This document shows, one piece after another, positions 37,737 to 46,440 of a DNA stretch of 55,423 bases. A program made the position numbers and the translations under genes. The notes beneath the pieces are model-generated. The model was not told where the DNA came from. It saw only the letters and a program-made list of their open reading frames with translations, and ran no database searches. This DNA is from a virus (lineage: Duplodnaviria; Caudoviricetes), in the IMG/VR virus record IMGVR_UViG_3300048630_000485, positions 1 to 55,423 of that record. The stretch is one strand, 5' to 3'. Numbering within the stretch: position 1 is the stretch's first letter; each line of letters begins with the position of its first letter.

Positions 37737-39581
37737 TCATACCGGCACGCTGGCGTTGCCGTCGCGGCGGTGCTGCTGCGCCTTGGTCAAAACCATACCG
37801 ATGCCTGCATCTTCGTCGGCCTTCATAGCGTCGAGGAAAATGGCGAGGTTCTCGGCATAAACATCAATGCTTGGATTGGCGCTTGAACCATCGACGTTGC
37901 CGCCCGACACGACGTTATGAAAATAATACTCGACCGTTCCGCCGCGTAATTTCGCCTGCGTCCAACCTGCCTGCATTTGCGAGGCGGTAAGGCCCGTGAC
38001 CCCGAAACCCGGATAGGTAAAGGCGAGTCCGGCCTCCCCAAACCGAGTGAGCCGCGAACCTTTGAACACCGTGTTCTGAAAAGTCGTGCGGCCCGACACG
38101 ATGCCTTCTTCGGCCATAATCGCCTGAATGCGGCCAGTGTGGAAAAGCGCCTGATCGTTCGTAAACGACATGCCGTGCACACCCGAAAGCGAAGCATTCA
38201 GCGTCAGCGTGACTTGTGTTCCGCTATCGACGCTTTGCACCCGCGCGAATGGTGCAGTCGTGGGCAGACCCTTGCCGACCGCCTTCATGCCCGCTGTGAT
38301 GCCGGTCGTGCTGGACATCGTAACGACAGCCGATCCGCTCGTTTTCGTGACGCTCGGCACATTGATGCGTGTGCCGCCGACATTGGCTGTCCCGGCTGTG
38401 TTCCTGCCCCGAAAGACGCCGTTCGGGTAACAAAGGTGTTTCGGTTCCGGTAGGCCGCGAGCCGCGAACCACGCTTTTTGTGCCTGTAGGTCGGCGCGAA
38501 ACGCTGCTTCACTCGCGAAATCGGTAATCAATGTGTCGTCGCTGCGCCCGTCAATCTGGAGGTCGTGACCGCGAGCGGCAAGGTCCAATACCTCCGCTTC
38601 GGTGATGCGACTAGCTTGGCCGACAAGAGCGGTCGGAACGTAGAACGTCCCCCGCCAACCGCGTTCCTCCAGCATGGTTGCGGCAATGCTATATTGGCCG
38701 GGTCGCAGGTCGTCGAAGCCCGGAACGAAAGTCGGGAAGCCACCCGCGCGGGCCACGAGAGAGTCATACAAGACGGTGCCGTTAAAGGGGCTTCCGGTCT
38801 GCTGCCCGATCGCACGATAGCCAATTTTCGTCGTCGGAGAGAAAGCCGAAACCGCCGCGTTTTCGGAAACGTGTTGCGCTTCCCAATAGCCGTTGAGCTT
38901 GTAATCGTTCACACCGCCTTCGCTGGCACCATCTGAAATCCGCCCATTGAACGGATAGCTGCCATTTTGGCCCAAACGGAGGCTCTCGCCCGAGAACTGA
39001 TGCAATTCGGGATCGCTGCCCGCGTTCCAATACACTGCCAGCGTTCCAAGAGTGGATGGATCGAACGGCCCCGCGACATCGGCTTTGCTGAACGATCCAG
39101 ACTGCGTGCCGTCGCTGGTGAGCGCGATAGCCCCGGCACCTTGGACATTCCGTGTCGTATCGAGCGCGATCGTCCCACCGTTCAAGGTTGACGCGCCAGT
39201 GGTGGCGTCGAGCGACGCCAAAAGGATCGGGGCGTCCAATACCACCTGCAACGCCGTCGCCTTGGTCAACACGCCGTTCGCATCACGCCCTATCACGACT
39301 GGGCGGAACCCCGCATCCGCTGGAGCAAGGTCGTAATTCTGTTCGGTCGCACCGTCTATCTTGGTGTCGACCGGATTGACCCCCACTGTCTGTCGATACC
39401 ACTGCGGGTCTGTGAGTGTCGTGCTCATGGTGTCATTGACCGATGCGTCAGCCGCAGCGGTGATGAAGTCGCCAAGACGCGCAGCCACATGCGGCGGCAC
39501 GACACCGGACGCTTTTCTAAACCGCCGCAGCGGGTTGGTTTTTGATCCGAAGATGCGAGCGATCGGATTGAGGGCGGGCAT
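37737..39581 (-). CDS. Virion-like protein with polysaccharide deacetylase (NodB/CE4-like) domain, 614 aa
   Basis: GFDD, RGTFYV, LAARGHDL, YPNG and YFHNV motifs; beta-rich N-half; ATG 39581 coupled (TAATG) to upstream gene. Confidence 0.75.
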   Translation of the reverse strand: MPALNPIARIFGSKTNPLRRFRKASGVVPPHVAARLGDFITAAADASVNDTMSTTLTDPQWYRQTVGVNPVDTKIDGATEQNYDLAPADAGFRPVVIGRDANGVLTKATALQVVLDAPILLASLDATTGASTLNGGTIALDTTRNVQGAGAIALTSDGTQSGSFSKADVAGPFDPSTLGTLAVYWNAGSDPELHQFSGESLRLGQNGSYPFNGRISDGASEGGVNDYKLNGYWEAQHVSENAAVSAFSPTTKIGYRAIGQQTGSPFNGTVLYDSLVARAGGFPTFVPGFDDLRPGQYSIAATMLEERGWRGTFYVPTALVGQASRITEAEVLDLAARGHDLQIDGRSDDTLITDFASEAAFRADLQAQKAWFAARGLPEPKHLCYPNGVFRGRNTAGTANVGGTRINVPSVTKTSGSAVVTMSSTTGITAGMKAVGKGLPTTAPFARVQSVDSGTQVTLTLNASLSGVHGMSFTNDQALFHTGRIQAIMAEEGIVSGRTTFQNTVFKGSRLTRFGEAGLAFTYPGFGVTGLTASQMQAGWTQAKLRGGTVEYYFHNVVSGGNVDGSSANPSIDVYAENLAIFLDAMKADEDAGIGMVLTKAQQHRRDGNASVPV

Positions 39582-39874
39582 TACGGCGCCAACCGATAGT
39601 TCACCTGCCCCGAGGTGAGGGTGATCCGCAGAAAAAGGCGCGCTTTTCCGGTCGTTTCGTAGTGCGCGATTTCGCAGCACGGGCCGCTGAATTTCGCGAT
39701 CTGCTCGCCCTTTTCGGTCAGCGGCAGCTTCGTCGCGCCCCCGTCGGTTGAGCGCAACAGCTCGACGGTTCCGGTGAATGCTCCCGTCAGTTCAAGCCAC
39801 AGATATTGATTCTGCGGCGGATCGAACGGCCCCACGGTTCCCGAGGCTGCGGCTTGTCCTGCTAATTCATCCAT
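39581..39874 (-). CDS. Small beta-rich protein, 97 aa
   Basis: GGAGAG RBS; GAFTGTVELLRSTDGG motif. Confidence 0.75.
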   Translation of the reverse strand: MDELAGQAAASGTVGPFDPPQNQYLWLELTGAFTGTVELLRSTDGGATKLPLTEKGEQIAKFSGPCCEIAHYETTGKARLFLRITLTSGQVNYRLAP

Positions 39875-40070
39875 AACGCTCTCCGTTCGGTGTGCGGAAC
39901 GGCACATATCACGCCGGCCGCCTGGCTGAAATCGCCGAATGCCGGGGGCGCAGCCACGCGCACCATTTCCGCCGAATTTCGAAATAGCGCAATTTCGCTC
40001 TCTCGAGCACGCGGTTTTCGTTCGACCTGTTGTTTTCGGCCATTGAAACTTGAGCGAGCCTCGATTTGCG

Positions 40071-40117
40071 TGCGGTCCCCAACCGCATCCATCCTGGCCG
40101 ATCGCTGGGGAGGACCC
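40071..40117 (-). other. Candidate cos site (cosQ plus cosN-like dyad)
   Basis: Minus strand GGGTCCT (identical to lambda cosQ, 40117-40111), then 23 nt, then dyad TGCGGT-TGGGG-ACCGCA, in a large non-coding gap; terminase is gpA type. Confidence 0.6.
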
Positions 40118-40220
40118 GCGCCCCTATCGGGCCGGCTCGAGCTGGCCGGGGGCGTGATCGATCTCGGCGGGGCGGGGCGTATGGCCAAGGGGGCAAAGGG
40201 CAGGCGCGCGCTGTAGGGGG

Positions 40221-40249
40221 TTGCGGAAATAGTGCGGCGCGCCTAGATA
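40221..40249 (+). promoter_or_regulatory. Candidate sigma70-type early promoter 1
   Basis: TTGCGG-N17-TAGATA; similar to 47616-47644. Confidence 0.6.
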
Positions 40250-40297
40250 GGGGGTGCACCGCGATTCGGTGCGGATTGATTGAAAAGGAATTGCCCC

Positions 40298-40477
40298 ATG
40301 GCCCTTGCCATCGCTTCCCTCATTTTTTTCGGTTCGATCCTTGCGGGCGTCTATATGCTCGCGAGCATTGCGCTCGAGGATCACAAGCGCGCCCGCCATT
40401 ATCGCGACGTGATCGCGCCCGCATTTGAAGCACAAGCGCGCGCACGTCGCGCCGCTCGCAACGGGGGGGCAATCTAA
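40298..40477 (+). CDS. Small membrane-anchored protein, 59 aa
   Basis: GATTGATTGAAAAGGA leader; N-terminal hydrophobic helix. Confidence 0.7.
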   Translation: MALAIASLIFFGSILAGVYMLASIALEDHKRARHYRDVIAPAFEAQARARRAARNGGAI

Positions 40478-40728
40478 TGGGCAACCCCCGCCACAATCGA
40501 ATTCGCGCCCGGCAGATTACGACGCGCCGCAACCCTAGCGCGCGCGGCTTTGTCGTCACCCTGCTAGAGCGCGACATATCGCGCGACGTGCGCGACGAAA
40601 CTGGCGCGCTTGTGCAATCGTCCTGGACTCCGCTCGAGCGGTTCACGGCTGGCACAAAGCGCAATGCCGACTCGATCCACGCGGCATTGCTCGCACGTTT
40701 CACCTATGGCCCGGAGCTCGCACGATGA
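40477..40728 (+). CDS. Hypothetical protein, 83 aa
   Basis: TAATG coupling. Confidence 0.7.
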   Translation: MGNPRHNRIRARQITTRRNPSARGFVVTLLERDISRDVRDETGALVQSSWTPLERFTAGTKRNADSIHAALLARFTYGPELAR

Positions 40729-41069
40729 ACGCCCCCCTTTCCTTTGCGCTGATTATTAACGGCGATGACGCCCCTACGCCTGCCCCCCGTTGCGCCGTCG
40801 CAGATTGCGCGACGGGTGCGGGCGTCTATCACGTCGCGAGCGGGCGGATATTGCGCCCCGATTATGAGACTTTCCGGGCCGCCCTCCCCTCCCGCTTGCG
40901 CCGCTATGTCACCCGGGAGCGTGAGCCGTTCCCTTCCCTATGGTTCGACAAGCGCGCGCGGTTCGAGCATGGCCGCACCGCTCCCGCCCTGCCCTATTTC
41001 ACAATTCGCAACGCGCGCGGCGATTACGTCGCCACGGTTTATGCGGCGCTTGTGGAGGGGGAGGCGTGA
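40725..41069 (+). CDS. Hypothetical protein, 114 aa
   Basis: ATGA coupling. Confidence 0.7.
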   Translation: MNAPLSFALIINGDDAPTPAPRCAVADCATGAGVYHVASGRILRPDYETFRAALPSRLRRYVTREREPFPSLWFDKRARFEHGRTAPALPYFTIRNARGDYVATVYAALVEGEA

Positions 41070-41185
41070 TGGCCGCCCTTGCCGCCCTCGCACCGCTGGC
41101 CCTCGCCATAGGTGCGGCCATTGCCCTTGCCCCCGTTCCCGCTCAATTCGTGCGCGCATGGCGCACCCTCAATCGGAAAGGCTAA
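41069..41185 (+). CDS. Small hydrophobic peptide, 38 aa
   Basis: GGAGG RBS, TGATG coupling; MAALAALAPLALAIGAAIAL. Confidence 0.55.
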   Translation: MAALAALAPLALAIGAAIALAPVPAQFVRAWRTLNRKG

Positions 41186-41189
41186 CCCC

Positions 41190-41591
41190 ATGATCTTTGC
41201 CAACCCCTCGCACGCCCTCGCCCACCATGTCACCGGGGCAATCGCCCGGGGGCAGGGAGTCCCTATCGTGGAGCAACCCGCCACGCCTGCCCCTGCCCCC
41301 TGCCCTTGCCAGCGGTGCACCGAACCGGCGGGCCCCTTTGTGGGGGGCGAGCGCTCGAGCCGTTACCTCGCCCGGCACAAGGCCGCCAACCCGCACAACC
41401 TTGGCCGCGTGCAAGGCTGGCCGCCCCTTCACGGGTTCGAGCTATCGCGCCGCGATGCAGAGGCGCAAGGCCGGGCCGCTCCCCGTGGCGAGACGTGCCC
41501 TCCGCACATAGCGCGCCCGGGTTCCGCGTGGGCGTCATGGTGGGCGCATGGGAACGGCCCCGCGCGCTATGTCGACGGGGGGGCCGCGTGA
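41190..41591 (+). CDS. Hypothetical protein, 133 aa
   Basis: GAAAGG RBS before ATG 41190. Confidence 0.65.
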   Translation: MIFANPSHALAHHVTGAIARGQGVPIVEQPATPAPAPCPCQRCTEPAGPFVGGERSSRYLARHKAANPHNLGRVQGWPPLHGFELSRRDAEAQGRAAPRGETCPPHIARPGSAWASWWAHGNGPARYVDGGAA

Positions 41592-41797
41592 TGGCTTGGC
41601 AAATAGACGCCCGCGCTTGCTGGCAGGGTGACGCCCGCGCTTGCGCCCACCTTGCCCACCTATGCGCCACGCTATGGGGCGGAAGCTTTGCTCGCACGCG
41701 GCGCGAAATTAGGTGGAGGCGCGCGCCCCTAATCGCCGCGCTCCGCATAGGTCGCGCCGTGATCGAACGGGGGGCCTATACGCCCCGCGCACTTTAA
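41591..41797 (+). CDS. Hypothetical protein, 68 aa
   Basis: TGATG coupling; stop immediately before repeat element A. Confidence 0.6.
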   Translation: MAWQIDARACWQGDARACAHLAHLCATLWGGSFARTRREIRWRRAPLIAALRIGRAVIERGAYTPRAL

Positions 41798-41897
41798 CCG
41801 GGCGGCGGCGGGCCCGTCCCGCCGTCCCTGTAACGGCTTGGCCAGCTCGAGCCGTTACAGGGGCAACCCCGCCCCGATTGATTGAAAGGTTTACCCT
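41798..41897 (+). repeat. Structured intergenic element, copy A
   Basis: P1 GGCGGCGGG/CCCGCCGTC; P2 CCTGTAACGGCT-TGGCCAGCTCG-AGCCGTTACAGG; P3 GGGC/GCCC; GATTGATTGAAAGG. Confidence 0.85.
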
Positions 41898-42290
41898 ATG
41901 TCCTACTCCAGCGCCGCCGCCTTTTATCGTGCCTGCCCGGGCAAGCGCGTTGCGCGCGTCATCACTGGCCAGCCCGTCTTAGACGATTGGGAGGCGGCCC
42001 GCTTTAACGTGCTCGAGCAGCTCCGCGCGCAATCTTGCCCTGCCGATAAGATCACGGATGACGCCAAGGGCCTTTCATGGCCCGGCGGGTTCCTTTTGAA
42101 GCCCCGGCAATATCGCCGGGAGGTGGGCGCGCTCGAAATACGCTCGAACGATATGCTTTTTTCTAATCCCGACATGCGCGACGGCCAGCCTATCACGGGT
42201 GACAAGCGCGGCTCCCGGATTGAGGATAACCGCCTAGTGCGCGACCTCCCGAACGGCGCGCGCGTCTCGTTTGAGATCCTGCCCGATTGA
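41898..42290 (+). CDS. Hypothetical protein, 130 aa
   Basis: Single ORF bounded by elements A and B. Confidence 0.8.
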   Translation: MSYSSAAAFYRACPGKRVARVITGQPVLDDWEAARFNVLEQLRAQSCPADKITDDAKGLSWPGGFLLKPRQYRREVGALEIRSNDMLFSNPDMRDGQPITGDKRGSRIEDNRLVRDLPNGARVSFEILPD

Positions 42291-42397
42291 CGGCACGCGG
42301 GGGCGCGTCTCGCGTCCCCCGTCCCCCTAGCGGCTTGCCAGCCGTTCGAGCCGCTAGGGGGGCGCTATTGCCCCGGATTGATTGAAAGGCCTATGCC
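42291..42397 (+). repeat. Structured intergenic element, copy B
   Basis: P1 GGGGGCGCG/CGCGTCCCC; P2 CCCCCTAGCGGCT-TGCCAGCCGTTCG-AGCCGCTAGGGGG; P3 GGGGCG-CTAT-TGCCCC; GATTGATTGAAAGG. Confidence 0.85.
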
Positions 42398-42538
42398 ATG
42401 ACGAATTCCTGCCCGCGCGAGCGATCGCGCACCGTTGAAGCCCGCACCGCGACAATCGAGCGCCGGAACGCCCGCCGGGGCAAGCGCGCCCGCAAGTTTC
42501 TTGCCTTCGCAATGCCGCGCGCGCTGGAGCTGGCATAA
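42398..42538 (+). CDS. Small basic peptide, 46 aa
   Basis: ATG after element B RBS; TAATG coupling to next gene. Confidence 0.6.
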   Translation: MTNSCPRERSRTVEARTATIERRNARRGKRARKFLAFAMPRALELA

Positions 42539-42855
42539 TGGGCGCGCCTATCGTCACCGCCCCGCCCGTCTATTCGCTCGAGACCGTGGAGACCGCGCTT
42601 TGCCTATGGGAGGCCGCGCTAGAGGCGCGCGATACGCCGCTAGGGCGCGCCCTATTCGAGCGGGAAGGGACGTGCGCGGCGCGCTCCGCCGTTATCGGGT
42701 GGGCGGAGCAATGCGACTCCGATTACGCGGCTTGCTATGGGGCCGGGCAAGCGCTCGAGCCGTTCGATTGGGAGCACTGCCCCGCTTGGCTGGCCATGCG
42801 CCTTGCAATCGAATTTCCCGAGACGTGGGCCGCTATGGCCCGGGGGGACGTGTAA
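42538..42855 (+). CDS. Hypothetical protein, 105 aa
   Basis: TAATG coupling at both ends. Confidence 0.75.
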   Translation: MGAPIVTAPPVYSLETVETALCLWEAALEARDTPLGRALFEREGTCAARSAVIGWAEQCDSDYAACYGAGQALEPFDWEHCPAWLAMRLAIEFPETWAAMARGDV

Positions 42856-43181
42856 TGGCCGCCACAATCGAAAAGCGCCGCACCGTGCACGGCGGCCCCG
42901 ATAGCGCCCTATCGGTGGAGGTCTCCCCCGTCCGTAAATGTGCCGACGGGTTCGAGACGTGCGCGCATGAACCGGAAAGCGCGACGCGATTCGGCGTTTA
43001 TATTCGCAATCCGCTTGCGCTTCACGTTCGCGATTTCGTGACGCCATCACGGAACGGTAACGCCACCTCGCAACGGCTCCAGCTGGATCGCTTGCAAGCC
43101 TATGGCGAGGCCATCACATTCGCGAGCGCGCTTGCAGATCATTTAGGGTGCGGCGTCCATGTGCCCGGGGGGTTCGCATGA
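42855..43181 (+). CDS. Hypothetical protein, 108 aa
   Basis: TAATG and ATGA coupling. Confidence 0.7.
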   Translation: MAATIEKRRTVHGGPDSALSVEVSPVRKCADGFETCAHEPESATRFGVYIRNPLALHVRDFVTPSRNGNATSQRLQLDRLQAYGEAITFASALADHLGCGVHVPGGFA

Positions 43182-43597
43182 CGCCCCGGGAGCTATGGCG
43201 GGACACCTACCGGGCGGCGCGCGGGGGCGGGTTTGTCTCGCGGGCCGATTGGCCAGCCGTGCACGCCCTTGCCCTTGAATGGGCAGGCCATACGCCCCGG
43301 GCACGGTTCCGGGCCGCACGGGTGACGACGGCGGCGCAATATGCGCTCGAGCGCTTCCCGGATGGCCGCACGACGCTTGCAAGCGCGGTCTTGAACGGGT
43401 GGGGAAGCAAAAACCCTTGGGGGCCGCGCCGGGGCCGCCGTTCCGATACCTCCCCGAGATCGCACGGGGCGCGCATTGCCAGCCGTGCGCGGGCCTTGCG
43501 TGAACGGCTCGAGCGGCGCGGCGTGCTCGAATGTGACGCGGGCGGCTGGGTTCGCGAGGTGCGCGGCGCTCCCGGCTATGGCTGGCACTATACTTGA
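43178..43597 (+). CDS. Hypothetical Arg-rich protein, 139 aa
   Basis: ATGA coupling; stop immediately before element C. Confidence 0.65.
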   Translation: MTPRELWRDTYRAARGGGFVSRADWPAVHALALEWAGHTPRARFRAARVTTAAQYALERFPDGRTTLASAVLNGWGSKNPWGPRRGRRSDTSPRSHGARIASRARALRERLERRGVLECDAGGWVREVRGAPGYGWHYT

Positions 43598-43698
43598 ACG
43601 GGCGGCGGCGGGTTGCGTCCCGCCGTCCCTCCAACCCCTTGCCAGCCGTGCGAGGGGTTCGAGGGGCGACCCTGCCCTAGATTGAAAGGACTCGAATT
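43598..43698 (+). repeat. Structured intergenic element, copy C
   Basis: P1 stem identical to copy A; P2 CCCTCCAACCCCT-TGCCAGCCGTGCG-AGGGGTTCGAGGG; P3 GGGCG/TGCCC; GATTGAAAGGA. Confidence 0.85.
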
Positions 43699-45783
43699 AT
43701 GAACGCTCAAACGACGATCACGCCCGCGAACGATTGCCACGACGGCGCGCCCGCTATCGGGACGCCTGCCAACCCGCCCGGCGGCGGTGCGACGGCCTAT
43801 GTAGTGGCGGTGGAACGCGAGACGGCGGAGACCTTCACGATTGGTGCGGGCATGGCGCGCAACCGGTTCCGCGTCACTTTCGCACGCGGTGACGGCTATG
43901 TAAGCTCCCCGCTTTCCGAGCATATCGCGGCCCCCATGATCGCGAGGGCGCGCGGCGTTGCGCCTATCAGCTCGAGCGAAGCGGCGGAGCTATTCGAGAC
44001 GGCGAAGCGGTTACAGGCGGAGCAGCGCGCGGCGGCGCGTGCGGAGCAGGCGCGGAGCGAAGCCAGCCGGGACTCCTCCCGGGAGCTTGTCGCGCGGTTG
44101 CGCCCGGCATGGGCCAAGGCCGCTATTGTGGCCGAGCTTGTCGTAGATCAGTCGGACTCGATGACGGACTATTGGGGATCGACGCGCTCGCGCACGGTTG
44201 TCCTCGCATGGTCGCGCCATACTCGCGATCTATTCCCGGAGCTTCGCGCGGCGGCGGCTCTATTGCCCGAGACGGCGGAGCTTCAAGGCGCGCCGGAAAG
44301 CGCGGAGCACCGCGAAAAGTATTCGATGGGCGGCGGGTATTATCTGAAAGCCGGTTCGCGGCATTCGGACGGCTGGAAGGTCTCGAAGGATAGTTACACG
44401 GTCGCGACGGGCCGCGACGGGCTGGAATTCACCGAGGCGGCGCGCGCCGGGTTCGACGTGAAGCAAGCCGCACGGCTGGCCAGCTCTGCCCCGCGTGCAC
44501 CGCGCGCCACGCCCGCGCCGGGATCGGAAAGCGCCACGGCGTGCGGGTTCGAGGTGTCCGAGCATATCCACACAAAGAAAGGCTTTCGCATGTGGATTGC
44601 GACGGCAAGCGAACGGGTGGCGCGCGACGTATTCGAGGCGCAACGCGACGCGGCAAAGGCCTTGGGCGGTTGGTATTCGCGCCCGTGGGGCAAGACGCCC
44701 GGGGGCTTCGCCTTCAAGGATCACGACGCGGCTTTGCAATTCGTGATCGAGCAGGGCAGCGGCGATGCGCCGGAGCCGGGCCCGGGCAAGGGTTCGAGCG
44801 ATACGACGGCACCGGCGCGCACCGGCGTCGCTGATAAGCTCCGGGAGCTGGCCGACGGCATGGCCGACGCGGTGGCCGATTGCTTCCGCCCTCGCGACAC
44901 GAACACGCCAAAGAAAGCCCGGCAGGCCGCCGAGAAGCGGAACGACGGAGTCGAGCTTGAACGGGCACAAGCGATCATGCGGGCGCTGGCTGATGCGCAC
45001 GACGCGGGGACCGTTCCGGCGTGCCTGGCAGGCGTGACGACGAAAAAGGCGGCGCTCGAGCTGGCCAAGGAGGAATGCGACCGGAGCCGGGCCGGGTATT
45101 ACGACGCGGGAATTCTGACCGGGCGGCCCTATCCGTGGGCCGATATCGGCAAGCATGACGTGGCGGAGCGCGCCGCAGCGGCGTGGGCGTTGATTGCCAA
45201 GGGTGGCGACGCTGGCCCGGATCGGGCCGCCGAGCTCGCACTTGCGCAAAAGCTCGAGGCTCTCCGGTTCGCGAAGATCCCGGGTTATTTCCCCACCCCC
45301 GCCCCTATCGTGGCGCGCATGATCGAGGCCGCCGGGATCGAGGCTGGCCAGCGGGTGCTAGAGCCAAGCGCCGGGAGCGGGGCAATCGCTGACGCGGTGC
45401 GCGACGCCGGGGCCAAGGTCGAATGCGTGGAGGCGTGGAATTCGCTTGCCGAGGTGCTCGAGGCAAAGGGCCATCGCGTCACGCACGGCGATTTCATGGG
45501 CCAGCCGGTCGAGGGTGCGAGCTTTGACGCGGTGCTGATGAATCCGCCCTTCGAGAAGGCGCAGGACGTGGCGCACGTTCGCCACGCGCTTAAATTCGTG
45601 AAGCCCGGCGGCGTGCTGGTGGCGATCATGGGCGCGGGCGTCACGTTCCGAAAAGATCGGGCATATGCCGAATTCCGCGAACTGGTGGACGATATGGGCG
45701 GCGATCTTGTCGAGCTTCCCGCCGGGGCGTTCAAGGAAAGCGGCACCGGCGTTGCGAGCGTGATGGTGACGCTTCACCCGTAA
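43699..45783 (+). CDS. Multidomain protein with C-terminal N6-adenine DNA methyltransferase, 694 aa
   Basis: YFPTP, VLEPSAGSG, LMNPPF, GAFKESGT; N-terminal domains with SDSMTDYW and EHREKYSMGGGYYL. Confidence 0.88.
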   Translation: MNAQTTITPANDCHDGAPAIGTPANPPGGGATAYVVAVERETAETFTIGAGMARNRFRVTFARGDGYVSSPLSEHIAAPMIARARGVAPISSSEAAELFETAKRLQAEQRAAARAEQARSEASRDSSRELVARLRPAWAKAAIVAELVVDQSDSMTDYWGSTRSRTVVLAWSRHTRDLFPELRAAAALLPETAELQGAPESAEHREKYSMGGGYYLKAGSRHSDGWKVSKDSYTVATGRDGLEFTEAARAGFDVKQAARLASSAPRAPRATPAPGSESATACGFEVSEHIHTKKGFRMWIATASERVARDVFEAQRDAAKALGGWYSRPWGKTPGGFAFKDHDAALQFVIEQGSGDAPEPGPGKGSSDTTAPARTGVADKLRELADGMADAVADCFRPRDTNTPKKARQAAEKRNDGVELERAQAIMRALADAHDAGTVPACLAGVTTKKAALELAKEECDRSRAGYYDAGILTGRPYPWADIGKHDVAERAAAAWALIAKGGDAGPDRAAELALAQKLEALRFAKIPGYFPTPAPIVARMIEAAGIEAGQRVLEPSAGSGAIADAVRDAGAKVECVEAWNSLAEVLEAKGHRVTHGDFMGQPVEGASFDAVLMNPPFEKAQDVAHVRHALKFVKPGGVLVAIMGAGVTFRKDRAYAEFRELVDDMGGDLVELPAGAFKESGTGVASVMVTLHP

Positions 45784-45858
45784 GCGCATGGCCCGGCGCG
45801 GATTGGCCAGCCGCGCCGGGATCGAACCGGCCACGATTGACACGAAAGGACTCTAGAT
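45784..45858 (+). repeat. Structured intergenic element, reduced copy D
   Basis: CCCGGCGCGG-ATTGGCCAG-CCGCGCCGGG; CGATTGACACGAAAGGA. Confidence 0.7.
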
Positions 45859-46440
45859 ATGCAGTTTTCAACCTCCCGCCCCCTCGCTCTCGTGATGAAT
45901 ACGGGCGACGCCTTCGAGGGGCCGCGCTTTGTCCTGCCCGCCGGTTCCAAGGTCGCGCTTGTGCGCGGGATCGAGGGCGGCACGGTCGACGGTTACGCCG
46001 TGGGCGATGAAACCCAGCTCGCGGAGCTGACCGGCAACCCGCACGACGCGGCGCACCGCTGGACTCGGGTTCCCGCGAACGCCGTTAAATGCCGCGACGC
46101 GAACGGCAACGGGCAGCAGCTCGAGGGGATCATTGCAGCCGAGGCGGCCAAGGCCCGGCACGCGGCGGAGCGCGCGGGGCACGTCTGGCAGGCGTTCACC
46201 GTCACGCTTCGCAGCGGCGCGATTTACTATTGGCAGGGGTATGGCCCTTATGGCGAGCGCACCGAGGCGCTCGCGATCAAGGCGGCGGAGGCACTCGAGG
46301 GCGGGCGAATGCTCGAAGGCGTGGGGCCGTGGAGCATCGGGGCCTATCCCATGGCGTCAACCGACGTGGCGCTGATATCGCAGGGGCCGGGTATCTGGCC
46401 CGTTGCGCACCCTATCACGGGAAAGGCGGTGCAATCGTGA
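45859..46440 (+). CDS. Hypothetical protein, 193 aa
   Basis: ATG after element D RBS. Confidence 0.8.
   Translation: MQFSTSRPLALVMNTGDAFEGPRFVLPAGSKVALVRGIEGGTVDGYAVGDETQLAELTGNPHDAAHRWTRVPANAVKCRDANGNGQQLEGIIAAEAAKARHAAERAGHVWQAFTVTLRSGAIYYWQGYGPYGERTEALAIKAAEALEGGRMLEGVGPWSIGAYPMASTDVALISQGPGIWPVAHPITGKAVQS

Noticed and set aside
42335-42365. TTGCCA in the element loop as a sigma70 -35 box
   Set aside because: No -10-like hexamer 16-18 nt downstream in the copies checked; that position is G-rich stem sequence
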